DNA of 64,000 nt from Botryllus schlosseri (GCA_051294905.1 CM119372.1:32924001-32988000), one strand, 5' to 3'. Shown: positions 34,501 to 43,846, counted from the first letter of the stretch. The notes: generated by a model from the sequence alone, not told the origin. Program-made: numbers and translations.

Positions 34501-36132
34501 TTAGTAATTCACGCAACTTTTTCGAAAAATTTTCGCGCTGCTCGCGATTTTATATTTTCTTATATCTTGACTTTGGGATACCCATCCCCCAACAAAATTA
34601 CGCAGGATTTATGGAAATGGGAGACTTCGGTGTCAGCCATTACTGCACCACCACGCACCAAGACATATTAAGTTTGAGGCCATGTAACATGCGACTCTGA
34701 GAAGTGTGCCAGAACGATCAGCAGCGAGAAGACCTTGGCCGAAAAGGAATGCCCTTGTGCTGACCGAAAACTTCGACATATATACATATATGTTTAATTG
34801 TCCATAGGTGCCTCATTGGCTGGAGTCGAATGTTCCTGCCCTGGTGACCTTAACCCTACAGGACAAATGCTATCCCGCAAAGTAAAAATTATTTACCAAT
34901 TTGAAATCATGTGCGTCTTTTAGTTTGGTACGTTTTGACGAGTTCCATACCTTCTGACATAGCAGATATAGGAGGTCTCGAGATAGCAACATGTAACGAA
35001 GTCAATATAACAACGATTCCGCCTAATTTCGGGGCCAAAGCGAACAACGTGATGGGAGTCGGTTTATCACCCAATGGGAACCCAAGACCAAAGTTTTTTT
35101 GGGGAGGGCCTGACGAAGTGTTGTTTCGGTCCTGCCAACGGGTATACACCCGAAGATGTTTAATTATTATTTAGGGCTGTCCTACCTTTTCCAACACACC
35201 ACACTCAGCTCTACCGGTAAATCTGATTACGTGAGCAGAAAGAGGATGAAAAAATTGATAGCAATGTATATGCAATTCCCGACCATACTGACCGATTCAA
35301 ACGTGAATTCTATAAATTTGTGGCTCTTCGCGCGTTTAGGCGAAATACGGTGACTCACCAAACAGTACATGTCTTAGGGTATAGCTGATATGTAGCGAAA
35401 AAAAAAACACTGGCTGACAGGGGGTCTGAGGTGGTTTATCACCCTATGGGGACAAAGACCAACGTTTTAGGGGGGTGACAAAGTGCTGTTTTTTGGTTCC
35501 CAATATTTGGGGGGCGATGATCGGTGTGGAGCTTCAAAAGGGGGCGATGAGTCGAAAAAGGTTGGGAACCACTGCTTTAGAGGCTTTCGACTCCTGTCAA
35601 AAATATCTTTAACCAGCACTACATCATCAGACCACCCATTCCATACCAATGATCTATATCTACGTGCAAGAACTGTTGAACCGACAACGATTACGAGGGT
35701 TCCACCAACCATTCCATATCAAATATAAAGCGTACGAATCGTCGGTAGGGTCATACTACATGTTTTTGCGAAAGAATTTACACAATTATGGCATAATTAT
35801 ACCACGGTGAAAAAAAATAATTTTAAAGGCATCTTTTAAAACACCATTTGTTCAATATGCAGCCCAACCTGAAACACTGATATTGTCTCGTCTATAGTGA
35901 ATTCCTTAACGACGCTGCTTTTGAAACATCCACATTTCTTGCGATCGGGGTGTGGGGATAATTGTGGGATGTCCCCAAAGACGAGTAATTGTCTTTACTG
36001 TTATCGCCCTCTCTCTCTCGAATATACTCTAAAGAAAGCCCCATTGTGAGACCTACTTCTTATTCAGGTGCTCTGCAACCAGTTGTGCAACCAGTTCAAC
36101 AAATGGTTCCAGGATTACCCTATTACGGTTAA
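1401..36132 (+). CDS. Multi-exon gene (5'-incomplete) for a large, probably secreted protein: 26 tandem EGF-like modules, Gly/Tyr-rich linker, somatomedin-B domain, short Pro/Gln/Val tail
   Basis: 28 exons with AG/GT boundaries; the first 27 are phase 1-1 with lengths divisible by 3. Splicing them gives one ORF of 3035 nt with no stop at any junction codon, ending at TAA 36130-36132. Module consensus DPC-x4-C-x5-C-x2-G-x-C-x-C-x2-GY-x6-C. Confidence 0.9.
1845..2632. mobile_element. hAT (Charlie-like) MITE
   Basis: TIRs CAGTGGTTCCCAACC / GGTTGAGAACCACTG; degenerate 8-bp TSD cccaagac / gcctagac. Confidence 0.8.
3224..3334 (+). CDS. EGF-like exon 2
   Basis: ttccag|...|gtaagt; IDPCQSVSCPQYSSCNRGRCYCNSGYEGDPSRGPCT. 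Confidence 0.92.
3396..3506 (+). CDS. EGF-like exon 3
   Basis: tttcag|...|gttggt; IDPCRTVQCPQYSSCQQGRCVCDTGYQGDPSKEPCS; follows a 61-bp intron. Confidence 0.9.
4284..4394 (+). CDS. EGF-like exon 4
   Basis: cttcag|...|gtgagt; IDPCKGVVCPTNSQCFQGKCRCNAGYQTDSTRQQCI. Confidence 0.92.
5245..5349 (+). CDS. EGF-like exon 5
   Basis: ttgtag|...|gtaagt; IDPCAGVTCGPNSSCDKGVCVCRTGYVLRADVCV. Confidence 0.92.
6337..6441 (+). CDS. EGF-like exon 6
   Basis: caacag|...|gttagt; IDPCSGVTCGVHSTCRRGTCICNTGYVAQGNVCV. Confidence 0.9.
6624..7019. mobile_element. hAT-type MITE, related to 39773-40220
   Basis: TIRs TAGGGTTACCATA / TATGGTAACCCTA; GTCCTC/GAGGA motifs; the left TSD ctatatac reappears as tatatac only after the element at 7020-13839. 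Confidence 0.75.
7900..8422 (-). mobile_element. Partial inverted copy of the MITE at 45726-47045
   Basis: Reverse complement aligns to about 45726-46270 (CGCGAGAAATTGAC...CTCCAGCAG-CGCGCTCAAC); end GGGTGACAACCACTG; left boundary approximate. Confidence 0.7.
8810..10021. mobile_element. hAT-type MITE nested in the CACTG element
   Basis: TIRs CAGTGTTGCCACTC / GAGTGGCACCACTA; perfect TSD cgctccac (8802-8809, 10022-10029); subterminal AAAACACTAGAT repeats. Confidence 0.88.
12392..13263. mobile_element. Charlie-like hAT MITE nested in 10890-13766
   Basis: TIRs CAGGGGTCACCA / TGGTGACCCCTG; TSD tactggag / tactagag (7/8). Confidence 0.85.
12501..12779 (-). pseudogene. Degenerate fragment of 28S (LSU) rRNA, central region around expansion segment D7
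   Basis: Minus strand reads GTAGCAAATATCCAAATGAGA...GTTTCATATGAGCAGCAGTTGAACATGGGTCGGCCG...GTTAATATTCCCGA...GCGGAGATCGGCGC...GCAACGCAACTGAGC, colinear with remembered eukaryotic LSU blocks (GTAGCAAATATTCAAACGAGAAC; GTTCCATGTGAACAGCAGTTGAACATGGGTCAGTCGG; GCGGAGATGGGCGCC); recalled, not searched. Confidence 0.75.
14403..14507 (+). CDS. EGF-like exon 7
   Basis: ttgcag|...|gtaagt; IDPCYGVTCGPNSSCKNGVCVCQTGYVLQSGACV. Confidence 0.92.
14681..15689. mobile_element. Older hAT-type MITE with a probable small nested MITE at about 14938-15145
   Basis: TIRs TAGGGTTGCCA / TGGTAACCCTA; degenerate TSD ccgtattg / ccctatcg; GTCCGGAATT subterminal motifs; absent from the paralogous intron after exon 5. Confidence 0.7.
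16371..16475 (+). CDS. EGF-like exon 8
   Basis: caacag|...|gtcagt; RDPCRGVRCGQYATCRRGACVCITGYVQQGSVCV. Confidence 0.9.
17572..17676 (+). CDS. EGF-like exon 9
   Basis: ttgcag|...|gtaagt; PDPCAGVTCGPNSSCDKGKCVCRTGYVLQSGVCV. Confidence 0.92.
18227..18331 (+). CDS. EGF-like exon 10
   Basis: ttccag|...|gtaagt; PDPCAGVTCAANAHCRGGICVCKDGFVEYQGTCV. Confidence 0.92.
18554..18658 (+). CDS. EGF-like exon 11
   Basis: ttatag|...|gttagt; PDPCRGVVCGPNSKCKGGICECVAGYYVDGSSCK. Confidence 0.88.
18732..18836 (+). CDS. EGF-like exon 12
   Basis: ttccag|...|gttagt; IDPCSGVVCGPYSECKNGICECIAGYHVQGSSCK. Confidence 0.9.
18908..19012 (+). CDS. EGF-like exon 13
   Basis: ttccag|...|gttagt; IDPCSGVVCGPYSQCSNGICECIAGYHIQGSSCK. 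Confidence 0.9.
19085..19189 (+). CDS. EGF-like exon 14
   Basis: ttccag|...|gttagt; IDPCSGVVCGPYSKCQNGFCECISGYHVQGSSCK. Confidence 0.9.
19263..19367 (+). CDS. EGF-like exon 15
   Basis: ttccag|...|gttagt; IDPCSGIVCGPYSQCNGGICECVAGYHVQGSSCK. Confidence 0.9.
19436..19540 (+). CDS. EGF-like exon 16
   Basis: cacacag|...|gtaagt; IDPCHGVKCGQNSYCSGGVCHCMDGYTVKGGRCV. Confidence 0.92.
19790..20660 (-). mobile_element. Degenerate hAT MITE remnant
   Basis: End TTGGCCACCCCTG and about 120 bp upstream are the reverse complement of the element start at 46392; interior shares blocks with 7800-7930 and 11810-11910; left boundary uncertain. Confidence 0.5.
20983..21087 (+). CDS. EGF-like exon 17
   Basis: ttctag|...|gtgagt; IDPCMGVSCGPYSSCHNGACHCDDGYTVRGSRCV. 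Confidence 0.92.
21767..22418. mobile_element. hAT-type MITE with GACTCGAGTC/GACTT subterminal repeats
   Basis: TIRs CAGTGTTGGGAT / ATCCCAACATTG; perfect TSD ccgtgatg (21759-21766, 22419-22426). Confidence 0.9.
22592..22696 (+). CDS. EGF-like exon 18
   Basis: tttcag|...|gtgagt; MDPCMGVTCGDHSSCQGGSCHCDHGYTVRGSDCV. Confidence 0.92.
23087..23191 (+). CDS. EGF-like exon 19
   Basis: tttcag|...|gtgagt; IDPCMGVSCGDHSSCHDGSCHCDRGYTVRGSNCV. Confidence 0.92.
23526..23630 (+). CDS. EGF-like exon 20
   Basis: tttcag|...|gtgagt; IDPCMGVSCGVHSNCHEGSCHCDHGYTVRGHSCV. Confidence 0.92.
24671..24775 (+). CDS. EGF-like exon 21
   Basis: ttccag|...|gtaagt; VDPCATVTCKSYALCVNGRCKCQTGYVQHGEECK. Confidence 0.92.
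25674..25778 (+). CDS. EGF-like exon 22
   Basis: gttcag|...|gtgagt; ADPCADVLCRKNSHCVRGQCHCDRGYLARGNECV. Confidence 0.9.
26162..26759. mobile_element. Foldback (almost fully palindromic) hAT-type MITE
   Basis: About 285-bp near-perfect inverted arms, TAGGGTTGTT...AACAACCCTA, short loop near 26450-26478; TSD ctcaacac / ctgaacac. Confidence 0.92.
27235..27669. mobile_element. hAT-type MITE with ATCCG repeats
   Basis: TIRs CAGTGGTGAGC / GCTCATCACTG; TSD ctgttggt / ctgttgga; the paralogous intron before exon 24 has the single empty site ctgttggt at 27977-27984. Confidence 0.9.
27710..27814 (+). CDS. EGF-like exon 23
   Basis: ttacag|...|gtaagt; SDPCYQVKCSANSHCVGGHCQCMDGYVRRHNKCE. Confidence 0.92.
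28017..28121 (+). CDS. EGF-like exon 24
   Basis: ttacag|...|gtaagt; SDPCYHVKCAANSHCVAGQCQCMDGYVRRHNKCE (recent duplicate of exon 23). Confidence 0.92.
28181..28288 (+). CDS. EGF-like exon 25
   Basis: ctgcag|...|gtaagt; DDPCYDVRCPNLASCKDGQCYCRDGYINDGHGKCT; follows a 59-bp intron. Confidence 0.92.
28362..28472 (+). CDS. EGF-like exon 26
   Basis: tttcag|...|gtgagt; ADQCPRKPCPPNSVCQQGICVCYPGFVAWEKRCIQQ. Confidence 0.9.
28824..29592. mobile_element. hAT-type MITE with CTACTT/AAGTAG subterminal repeats
   Basis: TIRs CAGAGGGGGTCA / TGACCAACTCTG; perfect TSD ctaagggg (28816-28823, 29593-29600). Confidence 0.9.
29654..31102. mobile_element. Degenerate hAT-like non-autonomous element
   Basis: Starts CAGTGGCGTATCCAAGGGGGG, ends TCTAGATAGACGCCTG; GGAACC(C/T)CC motif near both ends; TSD ccatgtcg / tcctgtcg (6/8). 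Confidence 0.55.
31515..32771 (-). mobile_element. MITE-derived segment, inverted homolog of 34395-35430
   Basis: End GGGGGTTTGGGGTGCGGCAGTTACGGCCCTG is the reverse complement of CGGGACCGTAACTACCGCACCCCAAACCCCCC at 34395; diverged inverted similarity continues for about 1 kb. Confidence 0.75.
33319..33513 (+). CDS. Exon 27: Gly/Tyr-rich segment plus somatomedin-B (SMB) domain
   Basis: tttcag|...|gtgagt, 195 nt, phase 1-1; IPSYGSGPGYGQGAGMGYGPGYGGASGGYGYG then SCQGFCGSVTGSCSCQAACLNSNTCCSDFSLH, matching the SMB pattern SCxxxC...CxCxxxCxxxxxCCxDF/YxxxC. Confidence 0.88.
34244..35574. mobile_element. Charlie-like hAT MITE with GGGGCGA repeats, containing a second element
   Basis: TIRs CAGTGGTTCCCAAC / GTTGGGAACCACTG; perfect TSD ctttagag (34236-34243, 35575-35582). 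Confidence 0.9.
36068..36132 (+). CDS. Terminal coding exon 28: (C)ALQPVVQPVQQMVPGLPYYG*
   Basis: ttcttattcag acceptor; its first two bases GT join T33513 to make TGT, supplying the missing eighth SMB cysteine; TAA at 36130-36132. Confidence 0.8.
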
Positions 36133-38662
36133 ACTTTTCAAGAGAAGTTCATCGGAAGAATCTGGAGAGCTTTTCAATATGAATATCTATATATTTGTTC
36201 TAATTATTTCATGTATATGTTATGCGATGCCCCTTCTTCCACTTACACAGGAAACATAGAAACAAAAAGATACCTCATTAACCGGAAATGATCTGTATCT
36301 GTTGATGAAAATAAGGATTGGACGAAGTTCAGTATCGCTACAGATTAAATTATGATGGAAACCTTAATCGTTTGTCTAATGATTTGTACGAAATATATAT
36401 GGTTCTGGAAGTGAATTAACATTATCTGTGCCCGCGTATTAACCAATGGCTGTTGTTCGTCAATGTGAGACAGAGCGAGAGGGTTTATTAGGCTGCAGCT
36501 ACATATGGAACGATTACTGTCTCAGTGTAATCGATTGTGATTACGATTACAGCAACGTCCCCAAATATTCGATCATGATTAGGCCTACATGGAAAGTAAT
36601 GACGATGAACTCACATTGGAAGACAATATAAGAATTGAGATGAGACTTAATTATGAGCGAACATACTTTTGAGAATTGTTATGTTTCACATTGCTTACTC
36701 TCATTTTTCGTTCTGGTTACTACCCAAACAAATAATGGCGGATTAACGATCGCCCTGGTTAGTCTGCGGTTAGTTTCCGCTGATGGTTGAGGTCGTACGA
36801 GTGCTTGTGATTTTAAACTTGTCGGTTGTGATGTTGCTGGTTTTATTTAGATTGTATCCAAGGTAGTATGTGTGCTTTTGTGAGAGTGCTTTTATAGGCA
36901 GTTCTCAAGTTTTGTGGCGAATAGTGTAGCATAGGATTTACCATATTTTCGTTGGTCAAAATCCGGGCGCTCTTTAGCGCTTACTAGTTGAGCGTCAACC
37001 ACCGTTGAAACTGCATCGACAATATACATGAAATATATTTCTTCTTTTTTTAAATTATAGTTGTATTTAGCTTTATGCACCGTATCGCTACAGAGAGATC
37101 TTCTACGTAATCTGAGTTCTTTGGTCCGGAGCGCATGCTCGTGGAGGCTTAAAATCAAAGTACACTGTTGCTTTTTTCCTCCCGAAGTGAAATTAAATGT
37201 AAATGGCATATTCACGATCTACCGTAATTTTGGTGTGTGAGAGAGAGAGAGTCAGTCTTCATTTTCATCCAACCAAAATACATAAACAGACGACAATGAT
37301 GGCGGTACAGAAAATATGCATGCACATTGCACAGTATTAGGTTCCAGATAGGAATGATTGATACGACCGTGAAGGTCAACTAGTCTGATCACACCCGCAT
37401 CAAACAGGTACACTTCTTGTCTCCATACGGTCTGGCTGTAGCATACAATAATAGCGAATATCGTTATTGCAGTGGGGTAAACAAAAGTTAAGAACCACTG
37501 TGCCAAAGCAAAACAATCATTTGCATTCCATATGATGCGGTCGAATTCTTATGTGTGGAAACCTTGTAGGCCTACCTCTTAGTATGTAGCAGGACGAACA
37601 CAGCTCTCTGCGCCGTCCGCTCAGCTCTGACATACGCCTGCACGGCATTGATAGTGACTGCAACATCCATTTCATTCGCACATGATTTGTTCCGACCTGG
37701 TGTGCTTGGATGGGGCACAATGATATCCAAAGGCAGATTTCACAAAATATAGAAAAACAGAAGAGTGCATAGAAGCAAGATCGTCACCTACACACTCCCT
37801 TACAAACATCCCTTGCAGTGTCAGGAGGACGTTAAGCTGATTTTACGACTCCTTATAATCATGAGACGCGACAAAGCAGCGAACAAACGGTCTTCGTTCA
37901 AGTTTCATTGCGAATCCAAACTTCGGGAAGTAAATCATAACTGATCTAGGAAACCTGCTAGTCCATCCTTGTCGCCAGTGGTTTTCAGTTTCTTGCCAAC
38001 TGATGCGGTGTTTAATTTTTAGTATGCTACTGTCTCATTTCCCCTACCGCTTGTCCCATTGTGTCCCGCCTAACGCGCCGTAGCCTAAGACCGGAAGTTT
38101 TATTTGGCGTGTCGTAAATACTGCCAAACAAATTATTACAGTACTTTACGAACATAGATTACGAAAATATAAATTTTACTCTGCTCACGGCCATTTTGTG
38201 AATGAAATCTGTCTATAATATTGGTTCTTCCATACATTACTATCAAATTTTGATCCTCTCTCCAGCGACATGATCATAGTAAGCGGTAGAGCTGGAACGG
38301 ATGATGACTTCGAAAATGCAGGGAACGTAATTGTACATCGTAAAGTCATGTCATGTAACACGGGTATGACTGTTTATAAACCTAAATGCCGTTATGCACC
38401 AGCAGGTTGCACATCCGGTTGCATCCGGTTGCACAACCCATTTATGATCGCGACTCCATTTCTAATTTGAAAATATTCAGTAGCCCAATCTCAAAATTTG
38501 ATAAGATGATTACTGAAAACCGATCAGCAATCAGCATCTTTGCCCAGACTTACTCACGGCCTATTTCGGAAGCTGATAACCACGTTCAACATCTTATAGC
38601 TTGTTGCACCCAGATAAGTGCATTGAGTGAAGGGACAGATACATTGCTTCCTTGTTGTTAAA

Positions 38663-40498
38663 ATGGAGGTGTCGGATCACACTTCCCTAAGGAAGCGGGT
38701 CCGACCGGAAGACGAGAACTTTTGCGATAGCGATGAGAGCTGCAGTACAGATGCTAAGATTCCTGCCAGACACTATGCGCCACCTTCGTCGTCCAACAGT
38801 GCTGAAAATGTAGCTAGTGGTGCGCCGTGCTCCGATGGAAATAATTTGAAGGTTTTGGTGACCGGTACAAATAGGCCGTTAAGGCAATATCACCCCACCG
38901 CAGTCAACAGTGCAATATTTCACCTTGTTGGTAGTTCGGAAAGCATTCGCATGCTTAACTCTGGCGATCTGCTTACATCTTGCGTTAATGTTAAGCAAGT
39001 AAAAAAACTCCTGGAATGCGATAAGCTTACCCACGCAAAGACTAACATCCCGATTAAGGCATCCGTTTTCTTACCCAAACCCCCAACATCTAGGGCTGTG
39101 ATCTGGGACGTGCCCATAGAGATATCAGATGACGAATTGCTGGACGGGTTCCAAAAGTACAAGGTTTCATATGTCAAACGATTTCGTAGGAAGACAGACG
39201 AAGGCTTTGAACCCTGCCAATCAGTTCTTTTAAATTTTGCTAGCACTACAGTCCCCCGGTTTCTGACATTCGCCTATCTCCGATTCCAAACCCGACCGTA
39301 CAACCCACCACCGACCAGATGCTACAACTGCAACCGTTTCGGCCTTACAGCGACGAAATGCCGTGGAAAACATAGCTGTACCAAATGTGGGGGATCAGAT
39401 CATAAGTCCAGCAACTGTAAAAATTTAGTACAATGTCTCAATTGCAACAAACCGCATAGTGCAGCATACGCAGGCTGCCCTAACTACAAGGAAGAAGCGC
39501 GGATACAAATAATTAAAGAACGCAATCAGGTTTCCTACTCCGAGGCGAAAGAAACCCTACTACTAGGCGAAAATCCTAGCCCGATTACGCCAGATGTAGA
39601 GCTCGCTAGTAATAACGTTCCAAGCCGAGACCTCGCGTACTCGCAAGTGCTTAGACATAGTAGAAGGAATACATCGCGCATTACGACACCAGCCCCAAAC
39701 GACGCAGACCTACGCTTCTTCGTGCCTCGTAATAACCAACGTTTCGATAATGAGCCGATATCCCGAGAACCCTAGGCTTACCATATTTCGGAAATGAAAA
39801 AAGAGGACACTTTTTCAGAAATTTCAGACATGCAAAACTGGAGAAGAATTCTCAAAAACCGGTAAGTTTTTCCCACTTCATGATCGGTTGACTAAAAAGA
39901 AAAAAAAAGGTCATCTCTTCCGCTCAGAGCTCAAAATCACGTTTTTCACTCCACATTGCTGGGTGGATGACTAAAAAAAAAAGGTCTTCTTTTCGCTCAG
40001 AGCTGAAATCACCGCTTTTCCCTCCGAAATGACCGCCGGAGCTTCACTTCTGCGCTAATTTGCGGCATATCACTCGCAATTTCCTCTAAATCTGACCTAA
40101 ATTTTCAAAAAAGAGGACAAAATCTCAAAAAAGAGGACAAAAGGGCGTCCTCCGAGGACACTTTCAAAAAAGTAAAAAAAGAGGACAAATCCTCTTAAAA
40201 GAGGACGTATGGTAAGCCTAGAGAACCCCCAGTCGGAGTCCGTAGCACCTCCAACATAGCTGCATCAATAGCACAACTCGATCCAATTCGCCTACTTGCG
40301 CTTGTTGCGGAAATCGTACAACTTACTGTCACAGCATGCAAAGACGGGAATAGCAATGTATTTAGCCTAGTCGCGGAAGTTTCCTCCAAATACCTGGGGT
40401 ACACAGTTGAGAGTGCAACCCTTAAATCAGTCTCTGACACTTGCAACAACCGTTGTCAGTCCTCTGTTCCGTCTGCATCAGAACAGCCTTCAGCTTGA
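38663..40498 (+). pseudogene. LINE ORF1 (gag-like nucleic-acid-binding protein), interrupted by a MITE
   Basis: CYNCNRFGLTATKC (His replaced by Leu), CTKCGGSDHKSSNC, CLNCNKPHSAAYAGC; removing 39773-40228 restores the frame (...ISREP|PVGVRSTS...EQPSA*, TGA 40496-40498). Confidence 0.88.
39773..40220. mobile_element. hAT-type MITE inserted in LINE ORF1
   Basis: TIRs TAGGCTTACCATA / TATGGTAAGCCTA; perfect TSD gagaaccc; AAAAGAGGAC repeats. Confidence 0.93.
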
Positions 40499-43400
40499 CC
40501 CAATCGCTGAACCTGATGCAATGGAACTGTCGCGGTATCTATCGAAAATTCCATGAACTCAAACATTATCTCGCGACGCTAGAAGCGAAACCTGACGTTA
40601 TAATTCTGCAGGAGACGCATCTTGTTGAAAGGTACTCTCCTAGGATACATGGCTATACCATATATCGGCAAGACAAAACTCTTCACTCCGGTGGGTTATG
40701 CATTTTTGTCGTTGAAACTCTCTCATCAAGTCTTCTTTTTACAAAACAATCCAAACTCGAAGTTCTCGCGGTGAAGGTTTGCAATATTACCATCTGCAAT
40801 GTCTACATACCCCCAGACTGCGTTGAACCGATGCGATCTGCAGTTTTTCGATAATTTATTGTCAAGGGCCATTATATGCGGTGATTTCAACGCTCACCAC
40901 ACGTCGTGGAGCCCCATGAACAACCAACGCGGAACGCTGCTTTATGATGTTATGGACCATCATAGCATGGTGTTACTAAATTCTGGATCTCCTACCAGAC
41001 TCAACATCTCAACTAGTGCGGTGAATCGCTGGTCCCTTATCGATTTAACACTGGTCTCTAGAGATATTGCGGCAAAATGCCTGACTACGGTATCAGAGCG
41101 ACTTCTTGGGAGCGATCATCTTGTCGATTTCACCACCTACAACGATAGGATCCTTCGCAGAATACCAAGACCGTCAAGATGGATATTTAATATAGCAGAC
41201 TGGCCGACACTTTCGAGACTTGTTAACGACCAACTATGCTCACATGACCTTCGAGATTTCAATGCCGAAAGGTTGAACGAAACCATTACAAAATTCCTGC
41301 TCGCCTCTGCTGAGGAAACAATACCGCGTCTGAAGACCCCCGAAAAGAACCCCGTGCCTTGGTGGACTGCAACGTGTCAAAGAGCAATCCGTCGTAAAAA
41401 AGCAGCTTTTCAGAAAATGAAGCGGACATTCTCCACAGCAGACGTGTTACAGTTCAAGAAGATGAGAGCAGAATGCCGAAAAACGATCTTGGCAGCAAAA
41501 CGCACATGTTGGGAGGAATTCTGTGCATCCTTGAACGAGCACTCGGGTTTTAAAAAGGTATGGAATGTGGTAAGGTCAATCTCTGGTCAAACTGCATCTC
41601 GAGCAATCACACATATCGTTGACAATAATATCACTATTTCGGACGACTATGAAAAAGCTAATGTATTCGGCAGACTCTTTCGTGATGTCAGCAGCTCCGA
41701 TCACTACACAGAGGCATTCCGGTCTCACCAAATGCGTGATAGCATGATTCAGCCTATTTTATCCTCTTCTACTGCGGATCCAATTAATATTCCTTTCAGC
41801 CGGGAAGAAATGATGTCCGCAATTGCTTCACGTGGTAAAACGTCTCCCGGCGGTGACTCAATTTGCTATCAAATGCTGAAAAATTTATCTCAGAACTCGC
41901 TCACTGATCTTCTTGCGTTATTCAACAGATCGTGGGACAAAAGTGAAATACCCGAATCCTGGAAGCGATCAGTTGTCGTCCCCATCCTGAAAAGTGGAAA
42001 AATTAAGTCTCAAACCAAGTCGTATAGGCCAATCTCATTAACTAGTCACATTTGTAAAATAATGGAAACCATGATTGTGTACAGGTTGAAGTGGTACGTT
42101 GAATCGAACAATCTATTATCTCCCAGTCAATCCGGTTTTCGTCAACGTCGGAGCACTCTCGATCACATTCTGCGTCTCCACGATACCGCCTACAAAGCGA
42201 TCAACAACCAGAGATCAGTTGTTTCCGTCTTCGTCGATTTCCAGAGTGCATACGATATGGTATGGAGAAAAGGTTTGTTGCATAAACTTTCCCAGATGGG
42301 AATACGAGGTAACATGCTTTTGTGGATTGAAAACTTTCTGACGGAGCGGGTGTTTCAAGTGCGAGTTGGAAACTCTCTTTCGGCAGATTATACCCTTGAA
42401 AATGGCTTGCCTCAGGGTTGTGTGATTAGCCCGATTCTGTTTTCGATTATGATTAATGATCTACCACAGATTATTAAATGTGACCATGCGATGTATGCAG
42501 ACGATGTTGCTGTTTGGGATAGTGGATTGTCTATCCCGTCACTGGTTGAAAATGTGCAAATATCTCTCAACGCCATACACGACTGGTGCCAAAAGTTGGG
42601 CTTCATTATTTCGGAATCCAAGACTGTGGCTATGATATTCTCTCGCAAACGCAATTTCCCCCAGGTGTCCTTGCATCTCGGAGGCAAATCCATTTCAGTG
42701 CAAGATATGGTGAGGTATTTAGGAGTGACTTTCGACAAAACATTGTCCTACAAATACCACATCGACAAGATCGTCGATAAATGTAGCAAACGACTCAACC
42801 TTATTCGAATTCTTACAGGGACGGCATGGGGCGCTGGTAAAAGATCCCTCTTGATGCTATATAGAGCACTGATACGTCCTGTCATAGAGTATGGGATGGT
42901 AGCATACTTCTTTGCCCCGAAGTGTCACCTTGCGAAAGTCCAAACTATCCCGAACCGTGCACTACGTCTCTAATGTGGGGCGATGCGAAGCTCACCTATA
43001 TGCGCGCTACAAGCTGCTTGTAATGAGATGCCGCTTAGTCTTCGTCATATCCAGCTGTGTCTCAACCTCCGTTGTAAATTGCAAACGGTGCCATCGATGA
43101 TTCCGTACCATGAACAGCTCATTGAAGGAACTTGGCACGAGATTTACCATCTAACAAACCCCAACTTCCGAACATTTAATATAATCACACAGATACCCTC
43201 ACTGCGAGAACTGAAACTGCAGACCAAACCAACCTCTTTTCCCGCCCCGTGGACCGCGCCGTGTCCAAACGTCGATCTCGAACTTTGCGAGACTATATCG
43301 AAGTGCTCCACGCCCCCAGTTATCCTATCTGATAGCCTGGATTTCATTTTTGAAAAATACGCAGGTTTCCTAACGATGTACACTGACGGGTCCAAGACTG

Positions 43401-43846
43401 AGAACGGTGTTGGCTACGGCCTGTTCATTCCCGCCCACTCCGTTCAATTATCCAAAGCGTTACCGAATGCATATTCCAGTTATTCCGCCGAATTGAGCGC
43501 CATTCTTCATGCTTTGAAGTGGATTACAGAACATGGCTCATCGTACTCTCGGTATATCATCCTGTCAGATTGTCTCGGTGCCCTCAAATCCATTTCAAAT
43601 GTATCGCGAACAGAGCTACCGTGCAGCACCAACGCTATTTTACTAAATATTTTCGAATCCTTACTTCAGGTCACCAATCAGTGCCTCCATGTAACTCTGG
43701 CTTGGATCCCAGGACACAGTAGGATCCCGGGAAATAGCCAAGCCGATGAACTTGCTAGGACGGCATCGTTATGCCCTCCTCCAACCGATGCAGCGACAGT
43801 GTCACTACCAGAAGCCAAAACCGCAATCAGATCACTGTGTGTTGAC

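Noticed and set aside
1401..36132. Naming the gene as Notch, fibrillin, tenascin, VC70 or similar
   Set aside because: No calcium-binding EGF consensus and no TM, TB, FN3 or ZP domain in the window, so no symbol assigned
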